Positions 19,240 through 28,857 of a DNA stretch of 60,211 nt are shown piece after piece. The stretch is from a candidate division WOR-3 bacterium (lineage in GTDB: Bacteria > Hydrothermota > Tepidihabitantia > SM23-42 > JAOAFX01). The notes below the pieces were generated by a model that had not been told where the DNA came from, searched no databases, and saw only the letters and a list, made by a program, of their open reading frames with translations. The stretch lies in the NCBI GenBank assembly GCA_039802265.1, contig JBDRWI010000005.1:1-60211 (forward strand), given 5' to 3'. The first letter of the stretch is position 1. Every line of letters begins with the position of its first letter. The position numbers and the translations under genes are program-made.

Positions 19240-20307
19240 ATGCCTAATCTAAAAATATATATTGGTTTATCTTTATTGGTCCTCTGCTTCGGTACTGCGG
19301 AGCAGGATTATCTCTGCGATGGTGTTATGATCAAGTCTGAGAATAATTTTCTAATCGAAAATCAAAGGAGACAATTCGTTGTTGTTGATTCTTTTAGCCC
19401 TGGATTCTGTGATTATTCAATGGGGCTTGCACATGATGGACAATATCTCTGGAACAATTACGCCTGGTCGCCCAGAATTGCGCGCATAAATCCCGAGTTC
19501 CATCAGGTAGTAAATATCTTTTATCCGCTTTACGGCGACAGGGACATGGCTTTTGACGGTACCTACCTCTGGGTATCACACTGGCAGACCAATTCCATAT
19601 ACAGATATGATACCGCATCTTTTGCGCTTGTGGCATCGTATGACCCGCCGTTTGCCGGTCACGCCCATGGTTTAGCATGGGATGGTGCTTATTTATGGGT
19701 TGGCGAAGAAAGTGGGCGCATCTATAAGATGACCACCACCGGTGATACAATTAGATCCATACCTTTCAACGCGCCATACCCATCAGACCCACGTGGATTG
19801 GGTTTTGCTGCCGGACATTTATGGGTTGGCCACCAAGGCTATGGACGTATTTACGAGATTGACACAATCAGTGGTGCGATTATCAACTGGTATAACGCAC
19901 CAGGCTATGTTCCAGGCTGGAATTTTCAACAGGGAGTTGATTTTGGAGGTGGGTATCTGTGGACGACAACAGGGGGTACATATAATCGCATCTACAAGGT
20001 TGATATTGGATTGGCCAATATTGAAGACGGCAAAAAAGTGGCTGGACTAAAGACCAGATTGAACATTCACCCTAATCCTTGTAGAGAAAATGCAGTAATT
20101 AGTTTCCATATTGACCAACATGCTACAACAACGCTCTCAATCCTGGATGCAAGCGGGAGGACGATTGCAACTATTATTGACGATGTTAACCTCGCTCCTG
20201 CACATTATCAATACAGACTGCCAGATGGGTTAAACTATAGCGGCGTCTATTTTATCGTTTTGAGGATAAATAATTCAGTGCAATCCATAAAATTTGTTAA
20301 GCTATAG
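19240..20307 (+). CDS. Secreted beta-propeller protein (glutaminyl cyclase/YncE-like repeats) with T9SS-type CTD
   Basis: Signal peptide; repeated GLA(H/W)DG.YLW blades; C-terminal HPNP...SGVYFI; GGAGG SD. Confidence 0.7.
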   Translation: MPNLKIYIGLSLLVLCFGTAEQDYLCDGVMIKSENNFLIENQRRQFVVVDSFSPGFCDYSMGLAHDGQYLWNNYAWSPRIARINPEFHQVVNIFYPLYGDRDMAFDGTYLWVSHWQTNSIYRYDTASFALVASYDPPFAGHAHGLAWDGAYLWVGEESGRIYKMTTTGDTIRSIPFNAPYPSDPRGLGFAAGHLWVGHQGYGRIYEIDTISGAIINWYNAPGYVPGWNFQQGVDFGGGYLWTTTGGTYNRIYKVDIGLANIEDGKKVAGLKTRLNIHPNPCRENAVISFHIDQHATTTLSILDASGRTIATIIDDVNLAPAHYQYRLPDGLNYSGVYFIVLRINNSVQSIKFVKL

Positions 20308-20347
20308 ATTATGCGATTAAAGACACACCCAAAATATTAGAAATTTT

Positions 20348-20373
20348 TAATTGCCTGATAAGCCAGGTAATTA
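20348..20373. terminator. Hairpin between convergent genes, possible bidirectional terminator
   Basis: TAATTGCCTG-ATAAGC-CAGGTAATTA, 10-bp stem with one G.U pair. Confidence 0.35.
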
Positions 20374-20429
20374 TTGGGATGAGTTCTAATGCAGAATATA
20401 GAGACTTGAGTAGAGACTGTGGTATTCTC

Positions 20430-21443
20430 TCATTTAAATAACGGTCCCTGGTCGGGCTTTATGTTGAAGTGTTCGTAGGCGAGTCTGGTTGCCTCCCGTC
20501 CCCGGGGTGTCCTCCTGATGAATCCTTCCATTATCAAAAAAGGCTCAAAGACCTCTTCAATTGTCTGGGCATCTTCACCGATTGCCACGGCAAGGCTGTT
20601 TATTCCTACCGGTCCACCCTGAAACTTCTCAATGATTGTGCGGATGATCTTCTTATCCATTTCATCAAGCCCCCGTTTATCAACATCAAGTTTTTTTAAG
20701 GCATATTCACAGATTTCAAGGTCAATAATTTCTTTACCCTTAACCTGGGCAAAGTCGCGCACCCTCCTCAATAATCTGTTGGCAACCCTTGGAGTGCCCC
20801 TTGCCCTTCGGGCAATTTCCATGGCGGCATCCTTGACTATCTTCAAATCAAGTATCCTTGCCGAGCGTCTTACAATATGATAGAGGTCTTCGGTCGGGTA
20901 ATAATCAAGTCGGAAATTAATACCAAATCTGCTTCTGAGGGGCGAGGTGAGGAGGCCCGAACGGGTTGTTGCGCCAATCAATGTGAATTTTTCAAGTTTA
21001 AGGCGCAAACTTCGTGCACCCATTCCTTTATCCTGCATAATATCAAGATGGAAGTCTTCCAATGCCGGATAAAGATATTCCTCAACGAGTTTATTTATCC
21101 GATGGACCTCATCAATAAATATTACATCCCCATATTTTAAGTTGCTCAAAATACCAGCAAGGTCAAAGGGTCTTTCCAGAATTGGTCCTGATGTCGGATA
21201 GATATTTACATCCATCTCCCGGGCAATGATATGGGCAAGGGTCGTCTTGCCCAGCCCGGGTGGACCGAATAATAGAATATGTTCCAATGGCTCCTTTCTC
21301 TTTTTTGCTGCCTGAATAAAGACCCTGAGGTTTTCCACAACATTCTTCTGCCCGACAAATTCTTCAAGGTTTTTGGGTCTTAAGGTCAATTCATAAATCT
21401 CTTCTCCATCAAACCTTATTCCTGATGTGGTTCTTTCGGTCAT
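20430..21443 (-). CDS. ruvB: Holliday junction branch migration helicase RuvB
   Basis: [47 protein letters not shown]. Confidence 0.98.
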   Translation of the reverse strand: MTERTTSGIRFDGEEIYELTLRPKNLEEFVGQKNVVENLRVFIQAAKKRKEPLEHILLFGPPGLGKTTLAHIIAREMDVNIYPTSGPILERPFDLAGILSNLKYGDVIFIDEVHRINKLVEEYLYPALEDFHLDIMQDKGMGARSLRLKLEKFTLIGATTRSGLLTSPLRSRFGINFRLDYYPTEDLYHIVRRSARILDLKIVKDAAMEIARRARGTPRVANRLLRRVRDFAQVKGKEIIDLEICEYALKKLDVDKRGLDEMDKKIIRTIIEKFQGGPVGINSLAVAIGEDAQTIEEVFEPFLIMEGFIRRTPRGREATRLAYEHFNIKPDQGPLFK

Positions 21444-21985
21444 CGGTTTCTCAATGCCTGCCTTACCATTTCCTCCAGGGGCAAATCAGCGGGGAGTCCC
21501 TTGAGTCTGGTGATTGCCTCAGCACGGGTGAGTCCCAGTGAACACAGGGCATTTATTGCCTGAGTTAAGATGGTTGTTTCTTTTACAAAACTCAATTTTC
21601 CTTTCAGCTCCAGGATTATCTTGCTGGCAAGTTTCTTTCCTACCCGGGGAATGGAACTCAGCAATTCAATATTTTCTTCTTCAATTGCCCGGGCAAGTTC
21701 CTGGGGATGGAAGTTTGATAATAGGGCAAGTGCGGATTTTGGTCCGACCCCGGGAACCGAGGTTAGTTCCTCAAAGGCTTGAAGTTCTGCTCGGTCCAAA
21801 AATCCATATATAAAAATTTCCTCTTCTTTGATGATGGTCTTTGTATATACTACAACCTCTTTATCCAATTCCAGATGGTCAAAGATATTTAATGGCGATT
21901 GAATAAAAAAACCAATCCCGGAGACATCAAGGATGAAATAAGGCGGAGATTTTTCAATTACCCTTCCCTGTAGTCTGCCAATCAT
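21440..21985 (-). CDS. ruvA: Holliday junction DNA-binding protein RuvA
   Basis: MIGRLQG, YGF, HhH motifs VPGVGPKSA and IPRVGKK. Confidence 0.95.
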   Translation of the reverse strand: MIGRLQGRVIEKSPPYFILDVSGIGFFIQSPLNIFDHLELDKEVVVYTKTIIKEEEIFIYGFLDRAELQAFEELTSVPGVGPKSALALLSNFHPQELARAIEEENIELLSSIPRVGKKLASKIILELKGKLSFVKETTILTQAINALCSLGLTRAEAITRLKGLPADLPLEEMVRQALRNR

Positions 21986-22437
21986 CCTATCTTCCTTGAG
22001 GCGGTATAGGCGATTGCCAGGGCATCTATTGCATGGTGGGATAGCCTTGATTTATTTTTGATGAGTATCCTTTCAATGATAAAGCGCACCTGCTTTTTCG
22101 ATGCTTGGCCATTACCGGTGGTAGTGAGTTTAACCTGGGCTGGGGTATATTCAAGGATGGTTATTCTCTTCTGTAACAAAAGATAAAGAATTGCTCCCCG
22201 CAGTTCTGAGATACGCACCAGACTGGCAACATTTTTTTTATAGAATGCCTTTTCTATCGCTACCGCATCTGGTTTATAAAGATGAATCAATTTTTCTATC
22301 GCCTTACAGATTGTCAGGATCTTTTGTATATAGACCTTCTCTTTGGGTCTGATTGTGCCCGAGAAGAACTTGCTGTTATCAATTATAACACCGTAGCCGG
22401 TCGCCGATAACCCCGGGTCAAGACCAAGAAGCGTCAT
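21982..22437 (-). CDS. ruvC: Crossover junction endodeoxyribonuclease RuvC
   Basis: LGLDPG..TGYG, AIE, TGNGQASK, DALAIA. Confidence 0.93.
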   Translation of the reverse strand: MTLLGLDPGLSATGYGVIIDNSKFFSGTIRPKEKVYIQKILTICKAIEKLIHLYKPDAVAIEKAFYKKNVASLVRISELRGAILYLLLQKRITILEYTPAQVKLTTTGNGQASKKQVRFIIERILIKNKSRLSHHAIDALAIAYTASRKIG

Positions 22438-22491
22438 TTAAGGGAGATGAAAGATTTCCAAATATATCACTTCGGAATTGTCCACTTAGGG

Positions 22492-23250
22492 TCAGGATTG
22501 TGCAGATATCTTCTCCATTATTTCATCGGGGATATCAAAATTACTATAGACATGCTGGACATCGTCAAGTTCATCAAGTGCCTCAAATAGTTTAAGAACC
22601 TTCTCCGCGTCCTTTTCCGAGACAGGCACGGTGTTCTGGGGAATCTTTGTCAGTTCGCTGCTGAGTATTTCAATGTTATTATTTTTAAGAATCTCTTTTA
22701 CCTTTGAGAAATTCTCCGGTGCAGTGATTATCTGATATACATCCTCTTCGGTCTTCACATCAAGGGCTCCCCCCTCAAGTGCATAGGCGATTATCGTATC
22801 CTCATCATACTTCTTGGCATCAACCGATATTATACCTCGGGTCTGAAACTGCCAGGCAACTGAACCCTGAGCGCCTAAACTGCCATTATGACGGGAGAGG
22901 ATATGCTTGATCTCACTGGTCGTGCGATTGCGATTATCAGTCACCACCTCAATCAATAGGGCAACACCATTGGGTCCATATCCCTCGTATGTCACCTCTT
23001 CAAGGACCTGACCATCGTCAAGCTGTCCGGTTCCTCTTTTTATTGCCCTTTCAATATTCTCATTTGGCATGTTGGCTGCCTTTGCCTCTTCAATTGCCGT
23101 GCGCAGTCTTGGATTTGCATTAGGGTCTCCGCCACCATGCCTTGCTGCAACGGTAATTTCCCTTATCAATTTTGTAAATAATCTACCCCGGGCGGCATCA
23201 GCACCAGCCTTCTTCCTTTTGATTTTCGCCCACTTAGAATGCCCTGACAT
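22492..23250 (-). CDS. yebC: YebC/PmpR family protein; start moved to ATG 23250
   Basis: MSGHSKW, NPRLR, YEGYGP, TDNRNRT, DDVQHVYSN; AGGAG SD. Confidence 0.95.
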   Translation of the reverse strand: MSGHSKWAKIKRKKAGADAARGRLFTKLIREITVAARHGGGDPNANPRLRTAIEEAKAANMPNENIERAIKRGTGQLDDGQVLEEVTYEGYGPNGVALLIEVVTDNRNRTTSEIKHILSRHNGSLGAQGSVAWQFQTRGIISVDAKKYDEDTIIAYALEGGALDVKTEEDVYQIITAPENFSKVKEILKNNNIEILSSELTKIPQNTVPVSEKDAEKVLKLFEALDELDDVQHVYSNFDIPDEIMEKISAQS

Positions 23251-23284
23251 AAAACACTCCTTTTTCAATAATAATCATATAAAT

Positions 23285-23312
23285 ATTTTAATCAAAAATT
23301 ACGGTAAGTCAA
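23285..23312 (-). promoter_or_regulatory. Sigma70-like promoter of yebC-ruvCAB
   Basis: TTGACT-N16-TAAAAT. Confidence 0.65.
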
Positions 23313-23330
23313 GATGTGGCTACTAAGCCA

Positions 23331-23358
23331 TTGATAACCATTAATTTTTGATTATACT
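23331..23358 (+). promoter_or_regulatory. Sigma70-like promoter, very short leader
   Basis: TTGATA-N16-TATACT, 9 nt to ATG 23368. Confidence 0.6.
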
Positions 23359-23367
23359 CAATAATAT

Positions 23368-25485
23368 ATGCATTTTGCTGTCTTCATTTCTGGCTTCACT
23401 GCGGTTGTGGGTCAGGCACTATTGATTCGGGAAGGACTTACCTTATTTTCAGGAAATGAACTCAGTTCCGGAATTGTCATCTGGCTCTGGCTGATATGGA
23501 CCGGAATCGGCAGTCTCCTCTTTCCAAGATTAAAGTTGAAAAAAGAACCACTGAAGATATATGCCTTTTTGCTCTTTTTGTTAGCCATTATGTTTATTTA
23601 CTCCTTTCTGTTTTTTCGATTTATTCCACAAATCTTCTCCCTGCCTTCGGGTGAAGTTATCGGTTTGGACCGGATGGTCTTATTTTCCTTTATCGCCCTT
23701 GGTCCTGCATGTCTGTTGGTGGGTGCATTATTCCCTGCTGCCTCAATTATTATCGCACCGTCAACGGTCTATCTAATAGAAGGAATTGGTTCATTCGCCG
23801 GAGGAATACTCTTTTCTTTTCTCTTAATAATGTTTCTCCCGCCATCCGGAATACTTCTGATTGTTGTCTCTCTTCTGTTGTCTGCTGGATTTTACATATT
23901 GAATAGAAAAAAATTTATTTTTATCGCCGTAATTCCCTTGATTTTATTACTCAAGATTCAGCACCTTGAATTTTTCCTGAGAAAAATCCAGATGCCCAAA
24001 CATAACTTAATTGCCCTTTATGAATCAAGATATGGAACAATCGCCGTTACCAAGAGTGAAACCCAATTAAATTTCTATTCCAGTGGTTTTTTTGACTTCG
24101 CCTACCCTGATGTATATTCGGCAGAAGACGCGGTCCATTATCCCCTATTGATTCATCTCCAGCCTGAAAAGATCTTGCTTATCGGTGGTGGTGCTGGAGG
24201 GGGGATAGTAGAGGCACTCAAACATCCATCAATTAAAAGCCTAACCTATGTTGAACTTGACCCTAAATTGCTTGAGGTCTCAAGACAGTATCTTGGCAAC
24301 TATATCAATGACGAACGGGTGCGTGTTATCATCGGTGATGGCCGATTTTTTGTCAAAAATACCAAAGATAATTTTGATTGTATCATAGTTAATCTGCCCG
24401 ACCCGCTAAATGCCCAGTTAAACCGTTATTATACAAAAGAATTCTTCCAGGAGGCAAGGAGACATCTTAAAACAGATGGCTTATTTTCAATAAGGGCTAC
24501 TTCACCACCGGATATGATGAGTCCTCTTTATGCCCAATATCTTGGCACTATTTATGCTACACTCAAACAGGTTTTTAAGAATGTTTATATCCTTCCCACC
24601 GCCCGTATAACATTTATTGCAACCGACCTGACAATCGCCAGCAAGATTACGGAATTATTTAAAAAAAGACTGGCTTTAAGAAATTTGGAGCTGGTCTATG
24701 TGAATGAATATTTCTTTGATTACAATTTCACACCGGAGAAGATAGAATTCCTGAAGTCAACCATTTTACGGTCTGGGTCTTACATCAACACCGACCTGAA
24801 GCCGGTCTGTTATTATTTTAACACAATCTTATGGGGTGGGGTTATTTCTCATGGATTAAAAAAGTTATTTGTTAAACTCTTCAATCTCAATCCGTTTTTC
24901 TTCTTTCTTTTATTATTGTTGCTCTTATTCTTCTGGCGTCAAAAAACTATCGTATATGCTTCAATATTCTCTATCGGGGCGGGGGAGATTTCAGCCGAGA
25001 TAATCTTGATAATTCTCCTTCAGGTTCTCTATGGCTACATATATGCCTGGATTGGATTAATCATTGGCTTATTTATGCTTGGCCTGGCAATGGGAACATA
25101 CCTCTTTATTAGAACAAAATTTTTTCATAAGCATTCGATTGATTTTCTAACAAGTATTCACATTTTTATCACAATCTATTTTGCCCTGATTTTGGGCACC
25201 GCCCTGCTAAAAATTTCCGGTGCAAATTACTTGATAGCAATTCTAATTTCCCTTGGTGGACTCCTTGGTGGATTGCATTTTCCCTTATCAGTGGCAATTT
25301 TAGGCGACCGGAAGGCAGGTAATATTTATGGAAGCGACCTGATTGGCTCAAGCCTTGGGGCAATTGCTACAACCTTTGTTTTTATTCCCATTCTTGGAAT
25401 CCATTATACCATTTACTTATTTATGCTGTTGAATCTCCTCGTCTTTCTGGGCTTGAGATTCTTTATTGATAGAAGTAACTTCTAA
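23368..25485 (+). CDS. Fused multi-TM / spermidine-synthase-like (class I SAM-binding) membrane protein
   Basis: TM bundles flank a central domain with LLIGGGAGG, VELDP, GDGRFF, VNLPDP, YTKEFF. Confidence 0.8.
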   Translation: MHFAVFISGFTAVVGQALLIREGLTLFSGNELSSGIVIWLWLIWTGIGSLLFPRLKLKKEPLKIYAFLLFLLAIMFIYSFLFFRFIPQIFSLPSGEVIGLDRMVLFSFIALGPACLLVGALFPAASIIIAPSTVYLIEGIGSFAGGILFSFLLIMFLPPSGILLIVVSLLLSAGFYILNRKKFIFIAVIPLILLLKIQHLEFFLRKIQMPKHNLIALYESRYGTIAVTKSETQLNFYSSGFFDFAYPDVYSAEDAVHYPLLIHLQPEKILLIGGGAGGGIVEALKHPSIKSLTYVELDPKLLEVSRQYLGNYINDERVRVIIGDGRFFVKNTKDNFDCIIVNLPDPLNAQLNRYYTKEFFQEARRHLKTDGLFSIRATSPPDMMSPLYAQYLGTIYATLKQVFKNVYILPTARITFIATDLTIASKITELFKKRLALRNLELVYVNEYFFDYNFTPEKIEFLKSTILRSGSYINTDLKPVCYYFNTILWGGVISHGLKKLFVKLFNLNPFFFFLLLLLLLFFWRQKTIVYASIFSIGAGEISAEIILIILLQVLYGYIYAWIGLIIGLFMLGLAMGTYLFIRTKFFHKHSIDFLTSIHIFITIYFALILGTALLKISGANYLIAILISLGGLLGGLHFPLSVAILGDRKAGNIYGSDLIGSSLGAIATTFVFIPILGIHYTIYLFMLLNLLVFLGLRFFIDRSNF

Positions 25486-25517
25486 AGGCATTACCCATCG
25501 TTATGTATTCTCCTTTC

Positions 25518-25545
25518 TTGACTCTTTTTCCAATTTTATTATAAT
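25518..25545 (+). promoter_or_regulatory. Sigma70-like promoter of TPR gene
   Basis: TTGACT-N16-TATAAT; GGAG SD before ATG 25570. Confidence 0.7.
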
Positions 25546-25569
25546 TGTTAAATTGTATCAGGAGAGTCC

Positions 25570-26886
25570 ATGGCATTTGGAAAAGAGATTGAAGAGATAA
25601 AGAAAATATTAAGAATCGCATCTGAACTGGAAATGAAGGGCAATATAAAAGAAGCAATCAATCAACTTGAGCGAGCGATAAAGATAGATGAAAATGATGG
25701 AAGTCTTTATAACCGACTCGGTGATCTTTATATAAAATCTAACAAAACGAAAGAAGCACTACAGGCCTATCAAAAAGGGATAAGTGCCTTTCATACGGAT
25801 GGTCTATTCAGAAATGCACTTGCCTTGTGTAAAAAGGTTTTGAGATACGATCCGGGAAATGTAGAAATAAATTTTGTTATTGCAAGGCTGCTTGTTGACC
25901 TTGATGAAAAGGCTGATGCGATGATGTATCTTTTCACTTATATAGAAAGACAGATGGCGGCAGGGAAAAAAAATGAGGTTATGAAGGCGATGGAATTTAT
26001 GAAACAATTAAAAGTCAGTGATAGAAATGTTGCTGATAAAATGGCACAAATCTATCAATCAGTTGGTGAAACAAAAAAAGCCGATGAAGTTAAACCGATT
26101 ACAGAAAAAGAACCAATTGTTGAAAGAGAAAAAAGTGCGGAGATCTTTCAATCGCAAACCACACCAGAAAAAAATTTAGAGAAATATGAACCATCGGTGA
26201 ATAAAGAAAAAAGTGAAATTGCCAATATTGATATTGAAAAATTGCAAAGCGGTATTTCTCAACTTGATGGAATTATTAAAGAAGCGGAAAAAGCGGTTGT
26301 TGAATTACGCAAGGCAATGCGCATAGATGAAGTGGTGATAGCCCTTGATAAATCACTATCTCTTTTTTCCTCCCAGCAAAAGGAAGCAATCGGAGCCCTC
26401 TATAAGTCTTTGCATATCAATCTTGATAATTTACAAAAATCAATAAATGAACTTCAGAATATTTCTACAAATAATATTAAGGCATTTAGAGAATTACTGG
26501 GCGAGTTAGCGGACTCACTATCAAACATCAATAAAAATCAGGAAGCCTTGATTCGCGAAATTGAAAGAACCCTTGATAATACAAGTAAGACATTTGATTC
26601 TGTTTCGAAGAAAATTATAGTTGAGATGAACAATCTGGTTGAAAACTATCGCAATTCAACCGGAGATGTCTGTGCTAAGGTTGAAGAGACAAAGACTTTT
26701 AGCCTTTCGCTTGTAAAAACAGTGGGTGATATGAAGTTGGGTTTACAAAATTTAAACGAACTGTTATTAAAATTTTTTCTTGCCCAGGAGGCAAAAGATA
26801 AAAGGGTCTGGTTATTTGTAAGAATCCTTACCATTCTCGTTGGTCTAATTGTAATAGCAATAGTAATTTCAATTATTGTAAGATAA
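25570..26886 (+). CDS. TPR-repeat / coiled-coil protein with C-terminal TM anchor
   Basis: N-terminal TPR helices (YNRLGDLY, ALALCKKVLRYDP), long heptad region, terminal hydrophobic helix. Confidence 0.7.
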   Translation: MAFGKEIEEIKKILRIASELEMKGNIKEAINQLERAIKIDENDGSLYNRLGDLYIKSNKTKEALQAYQKGISAFHTDGLFRNALALCKKVLRYDPGNVEINFVIARLLVDLDEKADAMMYLFTYIERQMAAGKKNEVMKAMEFMKQLKVSDRNVADKMAQIYQSVGETKKADEVKPITEKEPIVEREKSAEIFQSQTTPEKNLEKYEPSVNKEKSEIANIDIEKLQSGISQLDGIIKEAEKAVVELRKAMRIDEVVIALDKSLSLFSSQQKEAIGALYKSLHINLDNLQKSINELQNISTNNIKAFRELLGELADSLSNINKNQEALIREIERTLDNTSKTFDSVSKKIIVEMNNLVENYRNSTGDVCAKVEETKTFSLSLVKTVGDMKLGLQNLNELLLKFFLAQEAKDKRVWLFVRILTILVGLIVIAIVISIIVR

Positions 26887-26931
26887 TTCTCATCAGAATT
26901 TTTAATTGGGATTTGGGTTTCATACTTAAAA

Positions 26932-27858
26932 TCAATAATTGGATGAACTTTCAACTCTCACCCTGAATCGTTGCGGGCTTGAGTATAATGGTTTTATATA
27001 TTCAGGGAGAATTATTTCCGCCGGCAGGTTATATTCACCGGGGCTTAAATTCGTGGCATTTATTCTGATTATTATATCTTCTTCTCCTATTCCATCAATC
27101 CGGCGACGCGCTCCGGCGATAACAAGCGTATCGAGGTTTAACCTTTGAATATTTATGACCTGATTTTTCCCTTTTAACACCTTAATCGGTAGTTTAGTAA
27201 AGACACGTTCAATCGTGGTATCAATCTCAACCTTTACCTGAACCGTGTTCTTTGATAGTTGAATATGCGGGGGAGGGTTGATGTTTAATCCTTTTTCAAA
27301 GGTAGTAGATTGGTTCTTCAGATCGAGGGAGTCGGTAAAAATCTCAACAAAATCCTTTAAAAGTTCTTTTGGACCTGTGGCAACGATTGTATCAAGGACA
27401 TAGACCTGATTTATTGAATATCCTTCCTTCAACGAACCTTTCAGTGGTACTACAACCTTCATCAACTTTTCTAATTTTTCGTCAATCACAACGGTAAAGG
27501 AATTTATTTCAAATGCAAAGTTTACATCACTTATCGGGATGATCAGGTCTCCTGTCAGAATATCATTTTCGCCGGTATGGACTTTGCTTAAAGAACAGAT
27601 TGCCCTTGGTGGTGACAACCATATGTTGAATAGATTGCGCCCCCGGCCGGAGAAGATGACCTTCAACTGAGACAGGGAATCAACAAGAACAAATGAACGG
27701 GGGAGCCCGGCGTAGGTGATATTGATAATTTTGGGATATTGGTAATTTGTATCAATTGCGACAAAAAACCAGAGGCCAAAGGCAAAGATTAAGGCAAAAA
27801 TCTTTCTGACCAAATCAACTGTGAAAAATCTCAGGATAATTTTTAATATCGTGGGCAT
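26932..27858 (-). CDS. cdaR: CdaR/YbbR-domain protein
   Basis: K.FALIFAFGLWFFV N-terminal TM typical of YbbR; repeated beta domains (V..SG, TGPKE, PGEYNLP). Confidence 0.72.
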   Translation of the reverse strand: MPTILKIILRFFTVDLVRKIFALIFAFGLWFFVAIDTNYQYPKIINITYAGLPRSFVLVDSLSQLKVIFSGRGRNLFNIWLSPPRAICSLSKVHTGENDILTGDLIIPISDVNFAFEINSFTVVIDEKLEKLMKVVVPLKGSLKEGYSINQVYVLDTIVATGPKELLKDFVEIFTDSLDLKNQSTTFEKGLNINPPPHIQLSKNTVQVKVEIDTTIERVFTKLPIKVLKGKNQVINIQRLNLDTLVIAGARRRIDGIGEEDIIIRINATNLSPGEYNLPAEIILPEYIKPLYSSPQRFRVRVESSSNY

Positions 27859-28748
27859 AGAAAGACCATAATCCCCTTTTGAATATGGAGGCGGTTTTCT
27901 GCCTGGTCAAGGACAATGGAATGAGGCCCATCAATCACCTCATCGGAAATCTCTTCCCCCCGATGAGCGGGAAGGCAGTGCATTATCATATAGTCCTTTT
28001 TCTGGGCATTGGCTAAAAGTGCGCCATTAACCTGGAATGGTTTAAAGACCTTTTTGCGCTCATCGATCTCTGACTCCTGACCCATTGAAGCCCAGACATC
28101 GGTATAAATCACATCGGCATCCTTAACCGCCGCTGCTGGGTTATTTGTCCAGCGGGCGTTTTCTGCCCTCTTTAAATACTCCAAGTTTGGCTTATAGTTA
28201 TCGGGTGTAGAAACATTCATCTTAAATCCCAAAAGGGCTGATGCGGCAATCAATGAATTGCATACATTATTACCATCACCGATGAATGCAATAGTTGTTT
28301 TATTTAAATCACCCCTCTTCTCAATTATAGTAAATAGGTCACCAAGAATCTGGCAGGGATGCTCAAGGTCACACAATCCATTTATAACCGGCACTGTAGC
28401 ATTTTGCGCCAGTTCTTTTATTGTGTTATGACTGAATACCCGTGCCATAATTATGTCAACCCAGCGTGAAAGATTTTTGGCAACATCGCCCACAGATTCT
28501 CTCTTCCCGAGTTGTATATCATTTGGTGCGAGATATATGGCATGTCCGCCCAGCTGCGTCATTCCGGTTTCAAATGTTACCCTGGTCCTTAGAGATGGCT
28601 TTTCAAATATCATAGCCAGGGTTTTGTCTTTTAAAAGTTTATGTTCAATGCCATTTTTCTGTTTTTTCTTTAATTCCTGGGTAATCTCAAAAATTTTATA
28701 AATATCATCACGATTCAAATCAAATATAGATGTGAGATCTCTTTTCAT
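27843..28748 (-). CDS. argF: Ornithine carbamoyltransferase
   Basis: FEKPSLRT, HPCQ, GDGNNV, DVWASMGQE, HCLPAHRGEE, QAENRLH. Confidence 0.95.
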   Translation of the reverse strand: MKRDLTSIFDLNRDDIYKIFEITQELKKKQKNGIEHKLLKDKTLAMIFEKPSLRTRVTFETGMTQLGGHAIYLAPNDIQLGKRESVGDVAKNLSRWVDIIMARVFSHNTIKELAQNATVPVINGLCDLEHPCQILGDLFTIIEKRGDLNKTTIAFIGDGNNVCNSLIAASALLGFKMNVSTPDNYKPNLEYLKRAENARWTNNPAAAVKDADVIYTDVWASMGQESEIDERKKVFKPFQVNGALLANAQKKDYMIMHCLPAHRGEEISDEVIDGPHSIVLDQAENRLHIQKGIMVFLCPRY

Positions 28749-28765
28749 TTCCGCCCCTTTCTTAT

Positions 28766-28793
28766 ATTATATAAAGTTTTTCAGAAAAATCAA
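28766..28793 (-). promoter_or_regulatory. Sigma70-like promoter of argF-cdaR
   Basis: TTGATT-N16-TATAAT. Confidence 0.62.
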
Positions 28794-28810
28794 TATTATT
28801 TTGTTAGTAA

Positions 28811-28838
28811 TTGACATTGCTCGGTTATTGTGTATAAT
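28811..28838 (+). promoter_or_regulatory. Sigma70-like promoter of selD
   Basis: Perfect TTGACA-N16-TATAAT; GGGAG SD before ATG 28858. Confidence 0.78.
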
Positions 28839-28857
28839 TTTCGCGGGAGATAAATTT

